DNA of 61,858 nt, counting the filler, from Jimgerdemannia flammicorona (lineage: Eukaryota), in the NCBI GenBank assembly GCA_003990765.1. It is 2 parts of 2 records of this genome, joined end to end, with 100 filler letters (N's around TTAATTAATTAA, not from the genome) between each part and the next. Parts side by side here need not be neighbours in the genome. Positions count along the whole stretch, not along the records: positions 1 to 30,881 come from RBNJ01000420.1; 1 more part is not named here. One strand, 5' to 3'. Of this stretch, positions 12,150 through 26,439 are shown piece by piece; position 1 is the stretch's first letter; every line of letters begins with the position of its first letter. The notes under the pieces were generated by a model, which made no database searches, was not told where the DNA came from, and saw only the letters and a list, made by a program, of their open reading frames with translations. A program made the position numbers and the translations under genes.

Positions 12150-15100
12150 CTCTGCTCACAGATCCTTGCCACCAAACTGTGACAGCATCCGCCCTGAGGA
12201 CACCAACCCACCCACCATCCAGTCAAAAGATCCCCCAACAGCTCCTCCCACTGTAACACCTTCTCCTGTAGCCCTATCTGCTGCCCCTCCTCAAATAAAA
12301 AAACCAATGACCTGCCAGTCCCACCCACACTGCCAACACCCACCCTACAGTGAGCCAACTATCACCCACCCCCCCTACTAGCTGAGATCTCAAGTCCTCC
12401 CAGTGGCCTCCCTCACCCACCAGCCTCCACTCCACACCCAGTCTATTCCCTATTTCTACCCAAAAGTCCCCCAAAACCTCACACTCCCCCAGCCAATGTT
12501 CTGGTATCTGTACAAGTCCGCCAGCTTGCCCTATATTGTAACACTCCTTACAATCAAAACAGCCACCATTCACCAGAAACCCAGCATGAAAATTCAATAT
12601 AACATTCCTCTGCAGCATTCTCCACCATACTACCCAGACCTTGGGAGGAAGTCACCTCTGCATCATTGCACTCCAAGGCCAGATACCAGCCCAGTTCCAC
12701 TCCTCACCGATCCCTGCTGCCTGCCAGCCACTTGGCCGAAGATCCTGGCCAAGGCCCTGCTGACACTCCACTCCATCCCCAAAATTAAACATATCAAGCA
12801 GAGCCTCCCCCAGGAGCAGTCTATCCCATCACCACATATCAGGCCCCCACTCCATCTCTCTCTCATTGCCTTGCCAGTGCATACCAATTCAGTGTGCTCC
12901 ATCTACTACTCCCCACCAAAAGCCCTTAAACCACAGCCTCTGACTTCCATTCAGCTCTACTAGAGAGAGCAGATCTCCAGAGGACCCTCAAGGGGAGGTC
13001 CTCATCTCCCACACCTTCTGCAGCAGTGGCACCCAACCTCCTCCCTGCAGTTCAGTGGCTCTCTTCAACCACCAGACTCACAAGCAGTGCAACCTCTTAG
13101 GGAGATCTATAAGGCCAAGACCTCCCCTGACCACTGGTGTTGCAAGAGTATCCCAACTTATCTGGGACCTCCTCCCTGCCCAAATCCAATCTCTAGCCAC
13201 CTTCATCAGCCTCTTCACCACCCAAGCTGGGAAGTCTAGGTGATAGGCCACATACTACAGCTTAGGGAACCAGTATATATTCAGAATTGATGCCTGCCCA
13301 GCCAGAGAGATATAGTGGCCTCCCCAACCTCAAAGGGCCTCCCTCCAAATGGTCACCCTGCTCTCCCACCATACTCGTGGCAAGACAGAACCATATACAG
13401 AAAGGAAGATGCCCAGATACCACACCACCTCACCCATAGGGACAATTGTTCCAATGATGTCCCCACCCACTAGCCTATTTCCAAGCACCATTGTCTCACA
13501 CTTATGCCAGTTGAGTTTTGCCTCCGAGTGAGCCTCATACCATTCCACTGTCTCTTTAAGTACTTTGACATCAGCCACAGACCTAAGTCCAACCACCATG
13601 TCATCAGCAAAAGCCCCCACCTTCCACACTATACCATATATAGAGAGCCCTGCCACCTTCTGGCGAATCCTATCCATCAACAGCTCTAATAAAAGGGCAT
13701 AGAGAATAGGGGACAGAGGGTCCCCCTGAGGAACTCCTCTACCCAAGGAGAACACCAGACCTCGGTGACCATTACACATCAGTGCCGCCCGACTGCTCTC
13801 CAGTAGATTCAATATAGAAGCCTGAAATCTTGGGGGAACACCAATTTGATCCAACACCTTGCCCAGCCAGACCTGCCATACATGGTCATAGGCCTTCTCC
13901 TGGTCCAAAAAGACCAACCTTCCATCCAGTCCACAAGCCTGGGCCCCTTCAATGACACCATACACCCATGCAGCATCTTATTGTAAGTAGCTATATAATA
14001 GATCTTTTTCATCTATACTCTCATTATGTGTACAAATATTGTATATTTACTCTCTTATATTAGTATCTAGAAAAATCATCTTGATTGCATTCATCTTAAT
14101 ACTACTCTGATTAGTAAGTATATATCAAGATGTCTACTGAGGATCAAATTATCAAACTGTCATCAATGTTACTACCACAGTATTACTGTTCTTACTACTT
14201 AAGAAGAAGTATATATATATCAACATTCTAATAATTATAACTATTATAAAGATAAAGTATAAAGATATGTCATCTATACTTATTGATATTATAAGTAGAA
14301 TCAATAAAAGTTAACCAGTCATATTGTTGAGCTTCTATAACTATTAAGGGTCTATAAAGCAAAAGTCTCCCATCTCTTATAAGTCTGCCCCCAACAAAGC
14401 CCCGCTGCTCCTCCCCCAGTACCTGTTGGGCAACTTTCTGCAGCCTTGCGACAATCACCTTAGTCACCATCTTCCTGTCCATATCCAGAAGCATGATTGG
14501 CCTCCAATTCTTCCAATCTTCCCTCCTCCCCTTGTCTTTATACAATAAGGCCACCAGTCTGAGGTCCTGCTCTCCAACCCACACACCACTCTGAAGAACA
14601 TGGTCACAGAGAGCAGCCATCTCACCCAAAATGCCAGGGACCTTTACCATCTTCTTCCAGAAGTCCCACAGTAACCCATCCTCCTCTGGTGCTGTTCCAA
14701 GCTTAGTTGCTGCAAGGATACTCTGGATCTCCTCTCCTTGCACCGGTAAGATCAAGTCACCCAGTCTATCTACTTGCAGTGGCCCCCACTCCCCTAGTGT
14801 ATCTGCAATTGCTGTCCCATCAGCACCCCCTTCTCCCTCACTCCACAAACCCTGCCATCTCTCCTTCAAAACCCCTAAGATTTGTTGTGTGCCATGCACC
14901 ATGTCCCCATCGGCATCCAAGATCCCATCCCACTGATGTTGCACCCTCCTAGCTTTAAGGAGTCTTGATAAGTACCTAGTAGGCCTCTCACCCTCCTCAA
15001 GCCCCTGCCACCATAACCTAGCAGCCATACCATGCATATGAGTCTCCTCCTCATCTCTCAACACCTGTTGCAGCTCCACTATCTCCAATTTTGCCTGCTC

Positions 15101-16082
15101 TATCCTCCAATCCTCCACCCTATCAGAAGTAAGCAAATCCACCCAATCTATTTGTAGTCTCCTCAGCCTGCTGGAAGCACACCTCATGTGCTCCTCCCCA
15201 ATTGACCCTCGCAGCCTCTTTCAGTCTTATCCAACAGACACCCACAGACAAACCCTCATGCCTCCAGATAAGAACCTTCACCTGAATGTCCTCCACCCAT
15301 GAGTCCCATAACTCCTTCTCAGCCAGCAGAGAGGAGTTAAGGTGCCAATGTCCAGGTCTGTCTCCACTCCCCCCAAACTGCCCCTGCCCCAGCAGTCCCC
15401 AGTGATCAGACCATGGGCACCACTCCACCCCCAGCATCTTCCAAACATCTGAACCCCAACACTATGCCGTCAGAATCCAGTCAATCTTTGTACTTAAGCC
15501 ATTCACCCAATGTGTGTAGACCCTGGTATTGCCCCACCAAGATCTGCCCATATCCCCTAAGGAGCTCAACCTCTCCACCTCCTCCCATGCATCCAGACCT
15601 CCACTTCTCCCCCCTACACTCCTCCCTCCATCAGTTCTGTCTAGATACTGATCCCGAACCATATTAAAGTCTCTGCCAAGAACATCCACTCCTTCCTCCA
15701 ACAGAATATCCTCCTCCAGTAGCTTCTCAATCTACACAGTCCTCTTGCCCCTAACTGCAGGGCAGTAGCAAGAGCCAACCCTCACCAACTCCCACCCTGG
15801 CCGCTGCCAATCTCCCCAGACCAAGTGATCAACCCAGCTCCTGATTCCCTCCAAGTCTCCTCTACCCTTCCTCACCAGAATCGCCACTTTTTCAAACCAA
15901 GCAGTAGCCCCACCCCATTCCCTAGTCCACTCCACCCGATCCTCCTCATCCTCAAACCAAACATCCTGCAGTAAAAAGAGATCAGCCTCCAATCCCTTGA
16001 GCCAAGTAAAAATGTTCTTATGCTGCCCAGATCCCCTCAACCCATTCACATTCAATGAGAAAATGTTAGTTATACTGTTCAT
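12150..16082 (-). pseudogene. LINE-B ORF2 (APE-RT-zinc finger)
   Basis: MNSITNIFSLNVNGLRG, SDH, NWRPIMLLDMDRK, LDQEKAYD, GVPQGDPLSP, AFADDM, CKEC...EHWLGEC. End approximate. Confidence 0.9.
13974..14367 (-). mobile_element. heavily mutated MULE/Mutator transposase fragment inserted in the LINE-B RT
   Basis: AT-rich 394-bp block splits RT codons DG|TAWV. The minus strand reads FIDSTYNINKY (MULE D.TY.TN.Y motif) and VHIMR. Confidence 0.65.
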
Positions 16083-16113
16083 AAGGAATAATGTTAAATA
16101 GTGATCCTATCCT

Positions 16114-18141
16114 CTACAAGTCCACATTCTGCTCCTCCTGCACCAAGTCTGAGTCATGTTCAGCAGCTAGTTCCCTTTCCCCAGCTTTCTGTGCCTCCAA
16201 CCCTCCCAGAAGTTCTACCATTGCCCAATCTTCTCTCCCCTCAAAGTCCTCATGATACTCCAGACAAGCCTCCTGCCAGAGCTGCAGACCATGATGCTCA
16301 GCCCAACAGTAGGCTGCCTGCTCACCTGTGACCACCACTAGCCCCACCTTCCTCACCTCATCGACCTCATATCCCTCCTCCTCCAGGAAGATCACAAGAA
16401 TCTCCACTCTCAGCATCTCCACCACTCCATCTCTATGTAGAATCCATGCCCAATGCTCCTCAGGCATTACCCACAGGTCCACTTCCCCCAATGCCTCAGC
16501 TGCGAGGTTATCCATCACCTTGCTCATCCACAGCAAGTTCCCCACCTCCTTCTCTCCTGGAGCCCTGGCCATCCTGTATCCAACATCGTGGTATCAGCAC
16601 TGACACTGGCAGCCTCATCCCACTCCTCCTCAGGGACATCCACCAGCTCATCCTCACCAACCACCACCACCTGACCCCCTTTCTTCACATCAGGGACCCC
16701 AAAGTGCACTTGCTGGGCCCCCTGCATCAGTGCGTCCTCTGTTGTCCTTCTCTTCACTGCCGGGCCCCTCCTGATAAGAGGGGGGGGGGGTGGCATCCAA
16801 TTCCTCCTCCCAGATCTCAAAAGTGCCATCTGCATAGGGGTCCTTGCTCAGCACCTTCCCAGCTTCTTTCTTGCCTGCCTCCACCTCCCCTCCTCCTTTA
16901 CTCATCCAGACACTGGCTTCGACACCTCCAGACACTGCATCCCCATCTGCCTTCTTCTTAACCTCTACTGTCATACTCGCCAATAGCTCCCTCTGCCTCC
17001 TGCACCCCTGTGCCCACTCCCACTGCCCCTTGTCCATGCAGATATGCTTCCCCTCCACAACCTCCAGATGGGTTGTCTCCTCAAAGGGCTTCCAGGCCTT
17101 CACCCTCCATTTCACTGCACCACTCAACTCCTCCAGCACCTCCAGCAAGTCCTCCTCCTCCTCCTCACTCCCCTTCACCCTCGACACCCTACATACCACA
17201 GCCCCCCACATCAGCACTGAAGGCCAGTAATTCGTCTTTTCAGTGGCCTCCCTCCCTGCCAGTCTAATTCTGACATCCATATTGCCTGTCCTGATTACTG
17301 TCCCCTCCCACACCTAGAAACCTATGTCCACTACATCACTATACTCTGCCACCACCTCCTCTACCCTCCTCCTAGTCTCAACCTTCATCACCATAGGTAC
17401 CCCTTTGACTATCAGCTGTACCACCCTGGGGTCCCACCTAAGGCAGTACACCATAGGGACCACCACTTTGCCAACCATCACTCCTGTCTTCATTGCCTCA
17501 TCCAGTGGGCCCGCCTCCTCAAAACCCACCTCCACTCCCTCCAGCCCCTTCAGGAACTTCACTGAGGCTGCCCCAGCCACCTGCTGTGAGATAAGCCTCA
17601 GGATCATTCTTGCTGTCACCACCAAGCCCTGGAAGCACAAGGTAGCCATGAACTCTGAAACCGACTTCTTGAGTAATGGTGCCACCACCAGCCCTGTCAC
17701 ACCATCGGCCAGGTCCTCCTTCCAAATTGGTAGCCCCAGCCCCACTCTGCCATCAGCCGTCACATCTTCTTTTTTTTCCTGATTCTCCGTCACACCTCCA
17801 TCAGCAGTCCCACCCTCAGCTACAACACCTCCAGACCCTATGCTCATACCCCCAGCCTGAGGACCTCCCCCCCTCCCAAGGCTCACCTTGCCCTTCCCTA
17901 CAGCAGCACCAGCCCTGTCTCCAGCCAGCCATCTACTCCCCTTCACCTTGTCTGCAAAGCTTGAGAGGCGAGTCTTTCCCCTATTACCACCTGACACCAG
18001 TCCTCCTCCAGAGCCCTCACTGCCCTTCGACCCTCCAAAGGCCCCTATCCCCAGGCCATAACACCTCCCCACATTCTGCCAGCCAAAAGCCCCAGCTCCC
18101 CTCGACCCAGTACACCCATCGGAACTCCTGCTTGATGACAT
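16114..18141 (-). pseudogene. LINE-B ORF1 (Gly-rich N-terminus, putative RRM-type core)
   Basis: ORFs 17314-18246, 16690-17313 and 16114-16572 lie directly upstream of ORF2 and are homologous to ORF1 of LINE-C, E and F (VKFLK..EGVEVGF, WDP.VVQL.V, VWEGT..RTG). Confidence 0.8.
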
Positions 18142-18245
18142 TTTGATAGTACCTTTTCTCTGAGTTGTGTTGAAAACCTTTGCTTGAAGTTTGTGTAACG
18201 TAAATTGTATAGGAGAAAGGTGCATATCGATCAAAAGGTTATACA

Positions 18246-20010
18246 TATACCAATATAGCAGAGCTTATTGTTGGGGTCATTTGTTTGACTATATTTTTCA
18301 TACAATCATCAAAACACTGGCAGTTATATGTAGTGAGGAGTTATATTGTGCAGAAGCAGACAAAATGAATATGGAGCTAAAGCAATTACTACTTATATAC
18401 TTCAAAAACTCTGATAACATTCCTAAGTATGTCCTACTTACTTTCACCTATAGCCTCCCCTGCATTTCCTTTTTGGCAGCAACTATGGAATCTATTGGCT
18501 TTTTTTATAAAAAAAAAAAAAAAATTTCAATTATCTGAAATAAGTTGCTTCAGCTGAGAGAAAAAAAAGATATGACAACAAACTCTAGTACATGCTGGAT
18601 CATTGCAAATATCAAGTTTCAATATATACAGACATCTAATATCAGCTCTTCAGAGCTAAACTGATTGCCCTACACTATGTAGCAAATTTGTCTCATCATT
18701 GTGGAGACAATCAGACTTATATAACCAGTTTGCATAGCTTGAAAAATATACTCAGAGCCCCTCCTCTCTCAGATGTTTTGTCTATGTATGTAAAATAGCC
18801 CTGAACAGCAAGGTTCAGTACATGGGCCTGGCATCACACATGGTAGCTTTCTGTACTAAAGACCACAATTTCCTATTTGAGACTGGCCACTAAAACTTAG
18901 AAAAATGTTGAGTTGTTTGTAGCATTGTCTATCATAATAGCCAAAATCAGTACTTGAATATTTGGTCAGAAAATTTATGAGAAAATAAATAACTAATAAA
19001 ATCTGTTTTATTTGAAGACCTCCCTCAAAATGCTGACCTAACAGCAAGTTCTCCTTTTTAATCTTGGTTGTGATCCTAGGCTCCTAGATATAACTAATAA
19101 AAATATCTGTCATGTTTTCTCCAGAATGAGGACCAGTAAGTTTGATAAAGTCAAGGGTGAGAGATTTAAGCTACTAATCAAGATCAATCTAATGACCAGT
19201 AATACCTAGAAATGAAATTATATTGGGGAATGTCCATGTGTTGATCATAAATGAAATTTTGCCTACTGAATTCTACTTATTGAATGTGAGATTAAATTGG
19301 TGAGCTCTTTATAAATATATATATAATTCAGCTTGCAAAGATCATGGTACTGTCCTTATTTTACCTGTAGTGTCTGACAGAGATTATCATACTCCATCCT
19401 ATAGGCCTCCAGAACATCTTTGTGAATAGTATTGGCACTTAGCAAATATAAATCATACTTGAGAAGGCCAAAGATGCTATGCAATTGATCACTCTTGATA
19501 ATTGCGAATGGCTGGTCTGTACATACAATCTAGTAAATGAGCCAATTTCGAAATTCTGCTGAAGTGTATGACTAAATTTTTTGATTAAATGGGGTTATTA
19601 GTATAGAAATGGTCAGGCAATTGGATAAATATATCCACCATAGTTTGGATATCAATTTTATTTATCTCCATATTCTTTTTGTTTTTGTCAGGGTACTTAT
19701 CTTTTATATATCAATATATGTTTGAAGTTAAACTACTAAGCATTTTGAACTTCTGGCTATGCAGCTTATGGAGGTAGATGAAATAGTATCATATATATAT
19801 TAAACAAAAGTCTCAGTTATATTATAGGTGTATCTTCATTTGTTTAATTTTTTATCTGCAATAGTTATAAACAATATCATCTCCCATCTTAGTACAATAT
19901 TGCCAGATTTCAGAGTGAGGATTGCAAGAAAGGTGTGGAACTATCAGGGATGTTTAACTTAAAGCACCATCAGTACTGTGAACTGTTGAAGACTGATCTA
20001 TTGACATATT
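18246..20010 (-). pseudogene. hAT-2 transposase, N-terminal and catalytic part (very decayed)
   Basis: KISFMINTWT..SFLGITGH.ID...LDFIKLTGPHSGENM at 19110-19260; AHVLNLAVQ near 18800-18828; LILDV near 18630-18645. Boundaries approximate. Confidence 0.75.
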
Positions 20011-20140
20011 GTTTGCATGTTTGTATGTATATATATATATTTGCATATTTATATATACATGCATATATTTGTATATATATATATTATGTATATAGACACA
20101 TCTAGTATATGAGTCATGTGGAGGATTTGGATTAGAGGAT

Positions 20141-20452
20141 TTAGATTATATGATTTGGATTGAAGGATTTGGTTAAAGGATTCAGATGAGGATTTGGATT
20201 GAAGAATTCAAATTAGAGGATTTCAATTGGAGGATTTGAATTGAATAATTTGGATTGAGTAATTCAGTTTGAGTAATTCAGATTGAATAATTCAGATTGA
20301 GTGATTTGGTTTGAGTGGTTCAGATAGAGTGATTCAGATGGGGTGATTCAGATGGGTGATTTGAATTAATCTGAATTGATTCAGATTGTTTTAGATTTGA
20401 GATTCTGATCAAACCATCATGTGATGAATTGAATATAAATTTGATTTGAATT
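20141..20452. repeat. short GATTCAGATTG/GATTTGGATTG subterminal repeats of hAT-2
   Basis: Degenerate units of about 14 bp next to the TIR. The CpG-intact form GGATTCGGAT occurs in the MITE at 31930-31950. Confidence 0.8.
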
Positions 20453-20470
20453 GACTCATTTGGAGCACTA

Positions 20471-23400
20471 GTCTATGATGACAACTGCTGAAACTAGATA
20501 GAGGATAGAGGAGGTGATGGTAGAGTATATTGATATAGTAGATATTGAGTTCCAAGTCTGAGAGAAGATACCTTTTAGAACTAGAAATGTGAATATTTGG
20601 CTTTAACTTATAGGGAATGAAGCTATAGGGAAGATAGAGGAGAAGAATCTATTAGAGATGTTAGAGGAATTGAGTGGGGTAGTAGAACATTATTAATATC
20701 TTTCTCCAGTAACATTTGGGTTACACAAACTTCTGTCAATACTCACAACATTGTTTGTGGAGAATAGGTATTAGTAACATAGTGATCAATGAGTATTCAG
20801 AGTTCTATGCTGAGCAGGGGAACCCTAGTATATTCAACTGACAGTATGTAAGGAGGAGTTATGGCTTAGGGGGGAGTCTGTTGGGCTCTCTCATAAGTGG
20901 AAGAGGAGGTGGCAAAAATGGAGCTGGAGCTAGTAGATAGGGGCCTGAGAGAATGAGCTTTGCAGACAAGATAAAGGTGAGATATCTATCAACTGGATTG
21001 GAGAATTGGCTGATGAAGAGAAGGAGACAGTGAGGGCTGAAGGATCTGATGGAGTAGCCCATAGCAGTGAGAGCAGTGGGGCTGGGAAAATAGTGGCTAG
21101 GGAGAGAGGGACTGCTGATGGCAAAGGGACTGCCAATCTGGAAAAAAATCTAGATATAATAGTTAATGGTAGATCTGAACAAGAGGTGGACATGAGGCCT
21201 AGAGATCTGGTAGATAGTATAATAGATCTGGTAGCAGTCCTATTACTCAAGAAATCAAGGTTAGATTTTGAAATCACATTATGTTTCTGAGGTTTAGTAA
21301 TAATAGTAAGGATTATTCTGGGGTTTCTGATCTAGAAGGTGAAAGAGGCAGCCTTGGTGAATCTTTTGAAGAGTTTGGAAGGAGTGAAGATAGGCTTTGA
21401 GATGGAGGATGTGCTGCTGAGAGTGATAGAGAAGGGATTGGTAGTGGGGGGGGTAGTAATTCTCATAGCTTGGTGCTTGTGCTGAGACTCTGGAGTAGTG
21501 AGTTGATAGTGATGGATATATCTACAGTATTGAAGGAGATGGCCAGGGGGTTAATTGTAGAGGCTGTTAAGAATTATGAAGATATCATAGATATTAGATT
21601 TCAAGTCTGAGAAGGCACAAAGTTCAGAACAGACAATATAGATATTAGAGTATAACTGACAGACAAGGAGAATATGTAGAAAGCAAGGGACTGACCAGTG
21701 GTCCTCAAATGGAGACCTGTGGAGTATAAAATCTTGAGAGTGAAAGGGATACTGAAGGAAGAAGAGAACTTGCTAGAGATATTGAAGGATCTGACTAGAG
21801 CTATTGAGAGAAGAATATTAGCCTAGAATGAGTTTGAGGCCAAGATGGTAGTAGAGATCATAAATGGCAAGAAGGTATTGCTAGATCAGATAGCCTGAGA
21901 GAGAGCACAGAGGAGGCAAATTCTGAAGGATCTATTGGCAAAGTTGGGAGAGGGGGCAGAGGGGGGGACTATTACTGCAGATGTTTGATTGAGGGTAAGT
22001 ACCTGGACAGAATAGAAGGAAGTGGCACCAAAGGAGACTGTGGGAGAGAGTAGAGACTAAAAACAGAGTGCAGTAGTAAAAGATGAGAAGATGATCAAGG
22101 AGGAGTGCCCTCAGTATAGAGTGTCAGCAGGGGCTAGAGAGAATGACAAACTGCAGGATAAGCCAGAAGAGAAATGAGATGAGTTGGCAAGGATGAATGT
22201 AGAGGGAGGGCAGGTGGAAGAGAGGAAGAGGGTGGCCCATAGAGTGGAGGAGGCTGTTGATGAGGAGAAATGGCTGTGGAAAGTTCTGGTGAATGTGGCA
22301 GCTGAGGAGCTAGAGGGGGAGAACTTTTGAGTACTTAGTGAGAGACACTGAGGAGAAATCCTGCAAGGTGAGGGGGTGCGGTGAAAACTCTGAGATGAGA
22401 TAATGGCATCTTTACTAGAAGCTGAAGTATATCAAGTAGATGATAAAAGGGAGGCAGTACTTCTAATGATTATAAATAACTGAGCTGTATATCTGAGGGG
22501 TCTAAGGAAGGGGCTGGCAAAGTGGCAGGTAGTATGCAAGGAGTACTAGATAGATATGAAAGCCATGAATGGTGTGGATTGACAAGAGATCTTGGAGGTA
22601 TTGGAGGCTTAACAGGGAGAGACAGAACAGCTTAAGGCTGAGAGGAACCTGGATGTTGCTAGTGATGAAGTGAGTATGAAATTGTAGAGTAAGCAGCTGT
22701 TCTTCCAAAAAATGTTATTTAATATGAATAGGACAACTAGAATCTTCTCTTTGAATATCAATGAACTATAAGGAGTAGTGAGGTATAGAAATATCTTCTG
22801 CTGGCTGAAGGGACTGGATGTGGATTTGTTTCTACTATAGGATATTAGATGTAATAGAAACTTCAATATTCTGAACTGGATGAAGGAATGGGGTGGTGTG
22901 GCTATTTGGCATGAGTATGTGAGCATTCTGGTTAGAAAGGGCAAGAGAGACATTGGGGATGTTGGACATTGAGAGAGCAGGATAGTGTGGGGAGTTTGGA
23001 AGTGACCAGGCTAGAGACCCTTGACTGTTGAGTTACATTATTGTCTAGTAGAAAGGGGGGAGAGAGTGGAATAAATTTGAGGACTATAAGAGTTTATAAT
23101 ATTGGTAGAGATATGTATTAACTGTTTAGGTGAGAACTTTAAAATGATATAGAAGAGAAGGTGGACAGAACTGATGGAGAAAAGGGGATAGCTGGTAGGA
23201 GTAATGGTATGGAAACCTGGGAGGAAGTTGAATATCTGAGTTCATTAGTGAATACTAGAAGGCTTAGATGCAGAGATTATATGGTATATACTCACTGGGT
23301 GACAGGGTTGGGCTCAAGGATTTACTGGATATTGACTGTAAAATGCTAGAGAGTTGATATCAGGAGAACATTGAAAACTGTTTGATACCTATGGTCAGAT

Positions 23401-26400
23401 CACTGGGCCTTCTAGGAGGGAGTTGTTTTGGGAGAAGTGGAGAGGGGTCTGGACATTTGTGCTAAAATACCTCATTGCTAGAAAAGGCCTCCTTATGGGA
23501 TGCATGGGTGATAGATATTAGCTTTAGGATACTTGGCTGAAGATTAAAGGGACTGGAGTTTGGGGATCACTGGAGGAGATTGAAATCAGATATACAACAG
23601 TACTGGGGGAAGACAGGAATATGGTGCTCAGAGAAAGAAGTGAGTGAGGTGGGCCTTCCAGAGGTTGGTGAGGTTGTTGGTGTTATGGGCAGATTTGTTG
23701 AATGATAGTGAGTAGAGGGATTGGAGGATCCAGCAGATCAGGCTATAGGTAGTAAAGTTGAAGGAATTGCTGAGATAGGAGGAAGACCTACAGATAATGA
23801 ACATAGTGGTCTGGCTAAGGTGGAAGGGATTAGAGAAGGGAGAGAGGCCTACAAAGTTTTTGTCTCAACTTCTATAGATGAGGAGAGTATGGCAGAGATG
23901 AGAGAGAGTGTTGGATATGGCAGGGGAGTTGGTTGTTGATATACTGGAGATTTTGGACCAGTTGACCAAATGGAGAGAGCAATTATAGAGTGAGGAGGAA
24001 GGGGGGGTGGGGGGGTGGGGGAACTAGATATTGAAAGGCACCTGGAGGACTGATATCCTGATCTAGCAGAGGGCTTAGGTGACCTTGGTGCTTCTCTCTG
24101 AAGAGAGGAGATTTAGCAGGTACTAATGATGATGAGCTCAGAGACAGCACTAGGGAAAGATGGCTTACTGTGGGATTTTTGGAAGAAGATGGCAAGAGTC
24201 AAGTTAATTCTGGAGGATATGACAGAGATGTACAATAAGATCATTGGCTCAGAAAAGTGAATTGTGGGGCAGTGCTTAGGTCTTGTGGCTCTGCTGTTTA
24301 AGAATAAGGAGAGAAGAGAGAAGTGGAAAAACTGGAGGCTAATTATGCCTCTGGATATGGATTACAAGCTGATTACAAAGATACTAGTGACTAGGCTATA
24401 AGGAGTGACTCAGCAAGTACTGGGGGCTGAGCAGAGAGAATTAATAGAGAGATGTTTGATTCAAGATAGAATAGCCTGAGTGCATGGTATCATTGAAGGA
24501 GCTTATATTACTGGGGTGGATAGATGACTGGGTTTTCTGGACCAGGAGAAGGCCTATGATGGAGTTCAGTGAGTATGGTTGGAAGGAGTGCTAAAGTATA
24601 TAGGGGTCTCTTCAGGGGTTTGGTGGGCCTTAGTTGGTCTGCTGGAAGGGAGTCAGAAAGCAATTCTGGTAAATGATTATAGAGAGATTTTGTTCCCTCT
24701 AGGGAGGAGAGTGCCACAGGGAGACCCACTGTTACTAATCCTATATATGCTATCCCTCAAGTCTCTTTTAGATGGAATTCAGTAGAAGGTGGAGGGGTTA
24801 GGGTAAATTGGAAGATGGGAGCCTTTGTTGACAATATGTAGTCAGGTTAGGGTCAGCTGAGAATATAGTAGTGCTGAGAGATATAATAGAGTGGTATAAA
24901 GAGTACTCAGATACTAAGCTCAACTAGTATAAGTATGAGACCTTGGTGTTTAGAGGAGAGATAGTAGGTGGGGATGTGATTGAAACAATTGTCTCTACAA
25001 GAGAGGCTGTTTGTTATCTTGGAATTTACTTCTTAGTATATAGCTCCTTGTTACTATAAAGATGGTGGGAGCAGTGGTTAGTAGAGTAGGATAGTAATCT
25101 ATTGAGGTAGAGTAGTTATTATATATCTCTGGCAGAGAGGGAGATAATGCTAAATATATACTGGTTGTCTAAGCTATGGTATGTAGAGTACCACTTGGAC
25201 TTTCTGGTATAGGTGGTTAAGAGATTGTGAAGATGACCAAGACCTGGATATGGACAGAACAATAGCATTAGATTGGCTGAGAGGTATTGATCTTACCAGT
25301 AGACTAGAGTGGACTGAGTTTGGTGGATTTTTCCAAGTATCTTCATTGCTTATAGGTATGGTGACTAAAGCAAGCTAGAAAGTTGAAGGGCAGAGAGTAG
25401 GTTCCTCTCATATCATATAGAGGGTATGGGAGGGCCATTTTTTCTCCCCATGATGCATCTGGGGACCAATTATCTCTTGTGGCTTTCAAGGGGAGTTAGA
25501 GGATATGTTTTCTAGGATTCTGGTGGGGAATGGTTAATGGAGCTCACCATATTGGTCTCTGAAGGACTGGAGATACTAAATATAGAGGTGGGATCACCTT
25601 TTATTAGGCAGGGCACTAGTGGATGACTTTTATTTAAAAGATAATATAGAGTATCTTTGGGAGCACAAAAGGGATCTGTGGTATGAGGTATGGTAGAGAG
25701 TGGGGATTGGAAAAGAGTGGGATTGGAATGGTATCTGATTGTAGAGCAAACAGATGGCAAGATAGATTCCCTCCAAGTTCTGTATAGTATGGTGGAGACT
25801 TCTACAGTAAAATGTAATATTGAACTACCAGTTAGGTTATTTGGTAGAAGGAGATAGCTGGGTGTATAAGAAGTGCCTGAATATTGGAGAGGAGGGGGGA
25901 GTAGTATAGATGTCTGAACATTGACTAAGATGATGGGGAACCTTTGGAGTATAATTGAGGAGTGGCTGAGAGTGTACCCACTAGGGCTGGTGGTGGGAGG
26001 GAGCTGGGGTAACCTCTGGAGGATACTGGTGGAGGGGTTGGAGAATGAGTGGCTGATGTTGAGATGGGTGCTGACTATTTGTGTTGGGCTTGCTAGACAT
26101 TGGTTATATATATTTAAGGAAGGTCAACAGCTGATTCTGAGAGTAAGGGTTGTTAGATATGAGTAGCTGATGTTGGACTAATTGAATGGGTGGTGGAGGG
26201 GGTGGAGTGCTTGTTAGAGGTATCAGTAGTAACTAGTAGAGATAATTTGTAGAAAAGAGTGGTGGGAGGATTGGAGTGGCAGAGGAGATAGTAGCATTTC
26301 AAGAGAATAGTGAGAGGGGGGAGGGGTCTCCCTGTGGGATTGAGTGAGGGGTTCATTGGTATTAGTATAAATAGAGTTTAGTAATAAAGTAGAAGTCTTT

Positions 26401-26408
26401 ATGACTAT

Positions 26409-26439
<31 letters not shown>

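Larger units (their letters stand above)
11972..18226 (-). mobile_element. full-length L1/Tx1-like LINE (LINE-B) with TSD
   Basis: Poly(T) from 11972. TSD TC(A/G)ATCAAAAGGTTATACA at 11953-11971 and 18227-18245. ORF1 and ORF2 remnants present. Confidence 0.95.
11090..20470 (-). mobile_element. hAT DNA transposon family 2, split by LINE-B; left terminus not found
   Basis: Right end ...ATTGACTCATTTGGAGCACTA (20450-20470) matches the TIR of the MITE at 31907. Transposase remnants lie on both sides of LINE-B. Left boundary approximate. Confidence 0.82.

Noticed and set aside
16101..18146. Long Ser/Pro/Thr-rich plus-strand ORFs (also 44407-45550, 9301-9678 and similar)
   Set aside because: Antisense or off-frame shadows of G-rich LINE and repeat coding strands; no independent motifs.
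24795..24804. Isolated GGGTTAGGG here and TAGGGTTAGG at 61206-61215
   Set aside because: Single short matches in G-rich or degraded sequence, not followed by the CTTCAAGTAAG element terminus.
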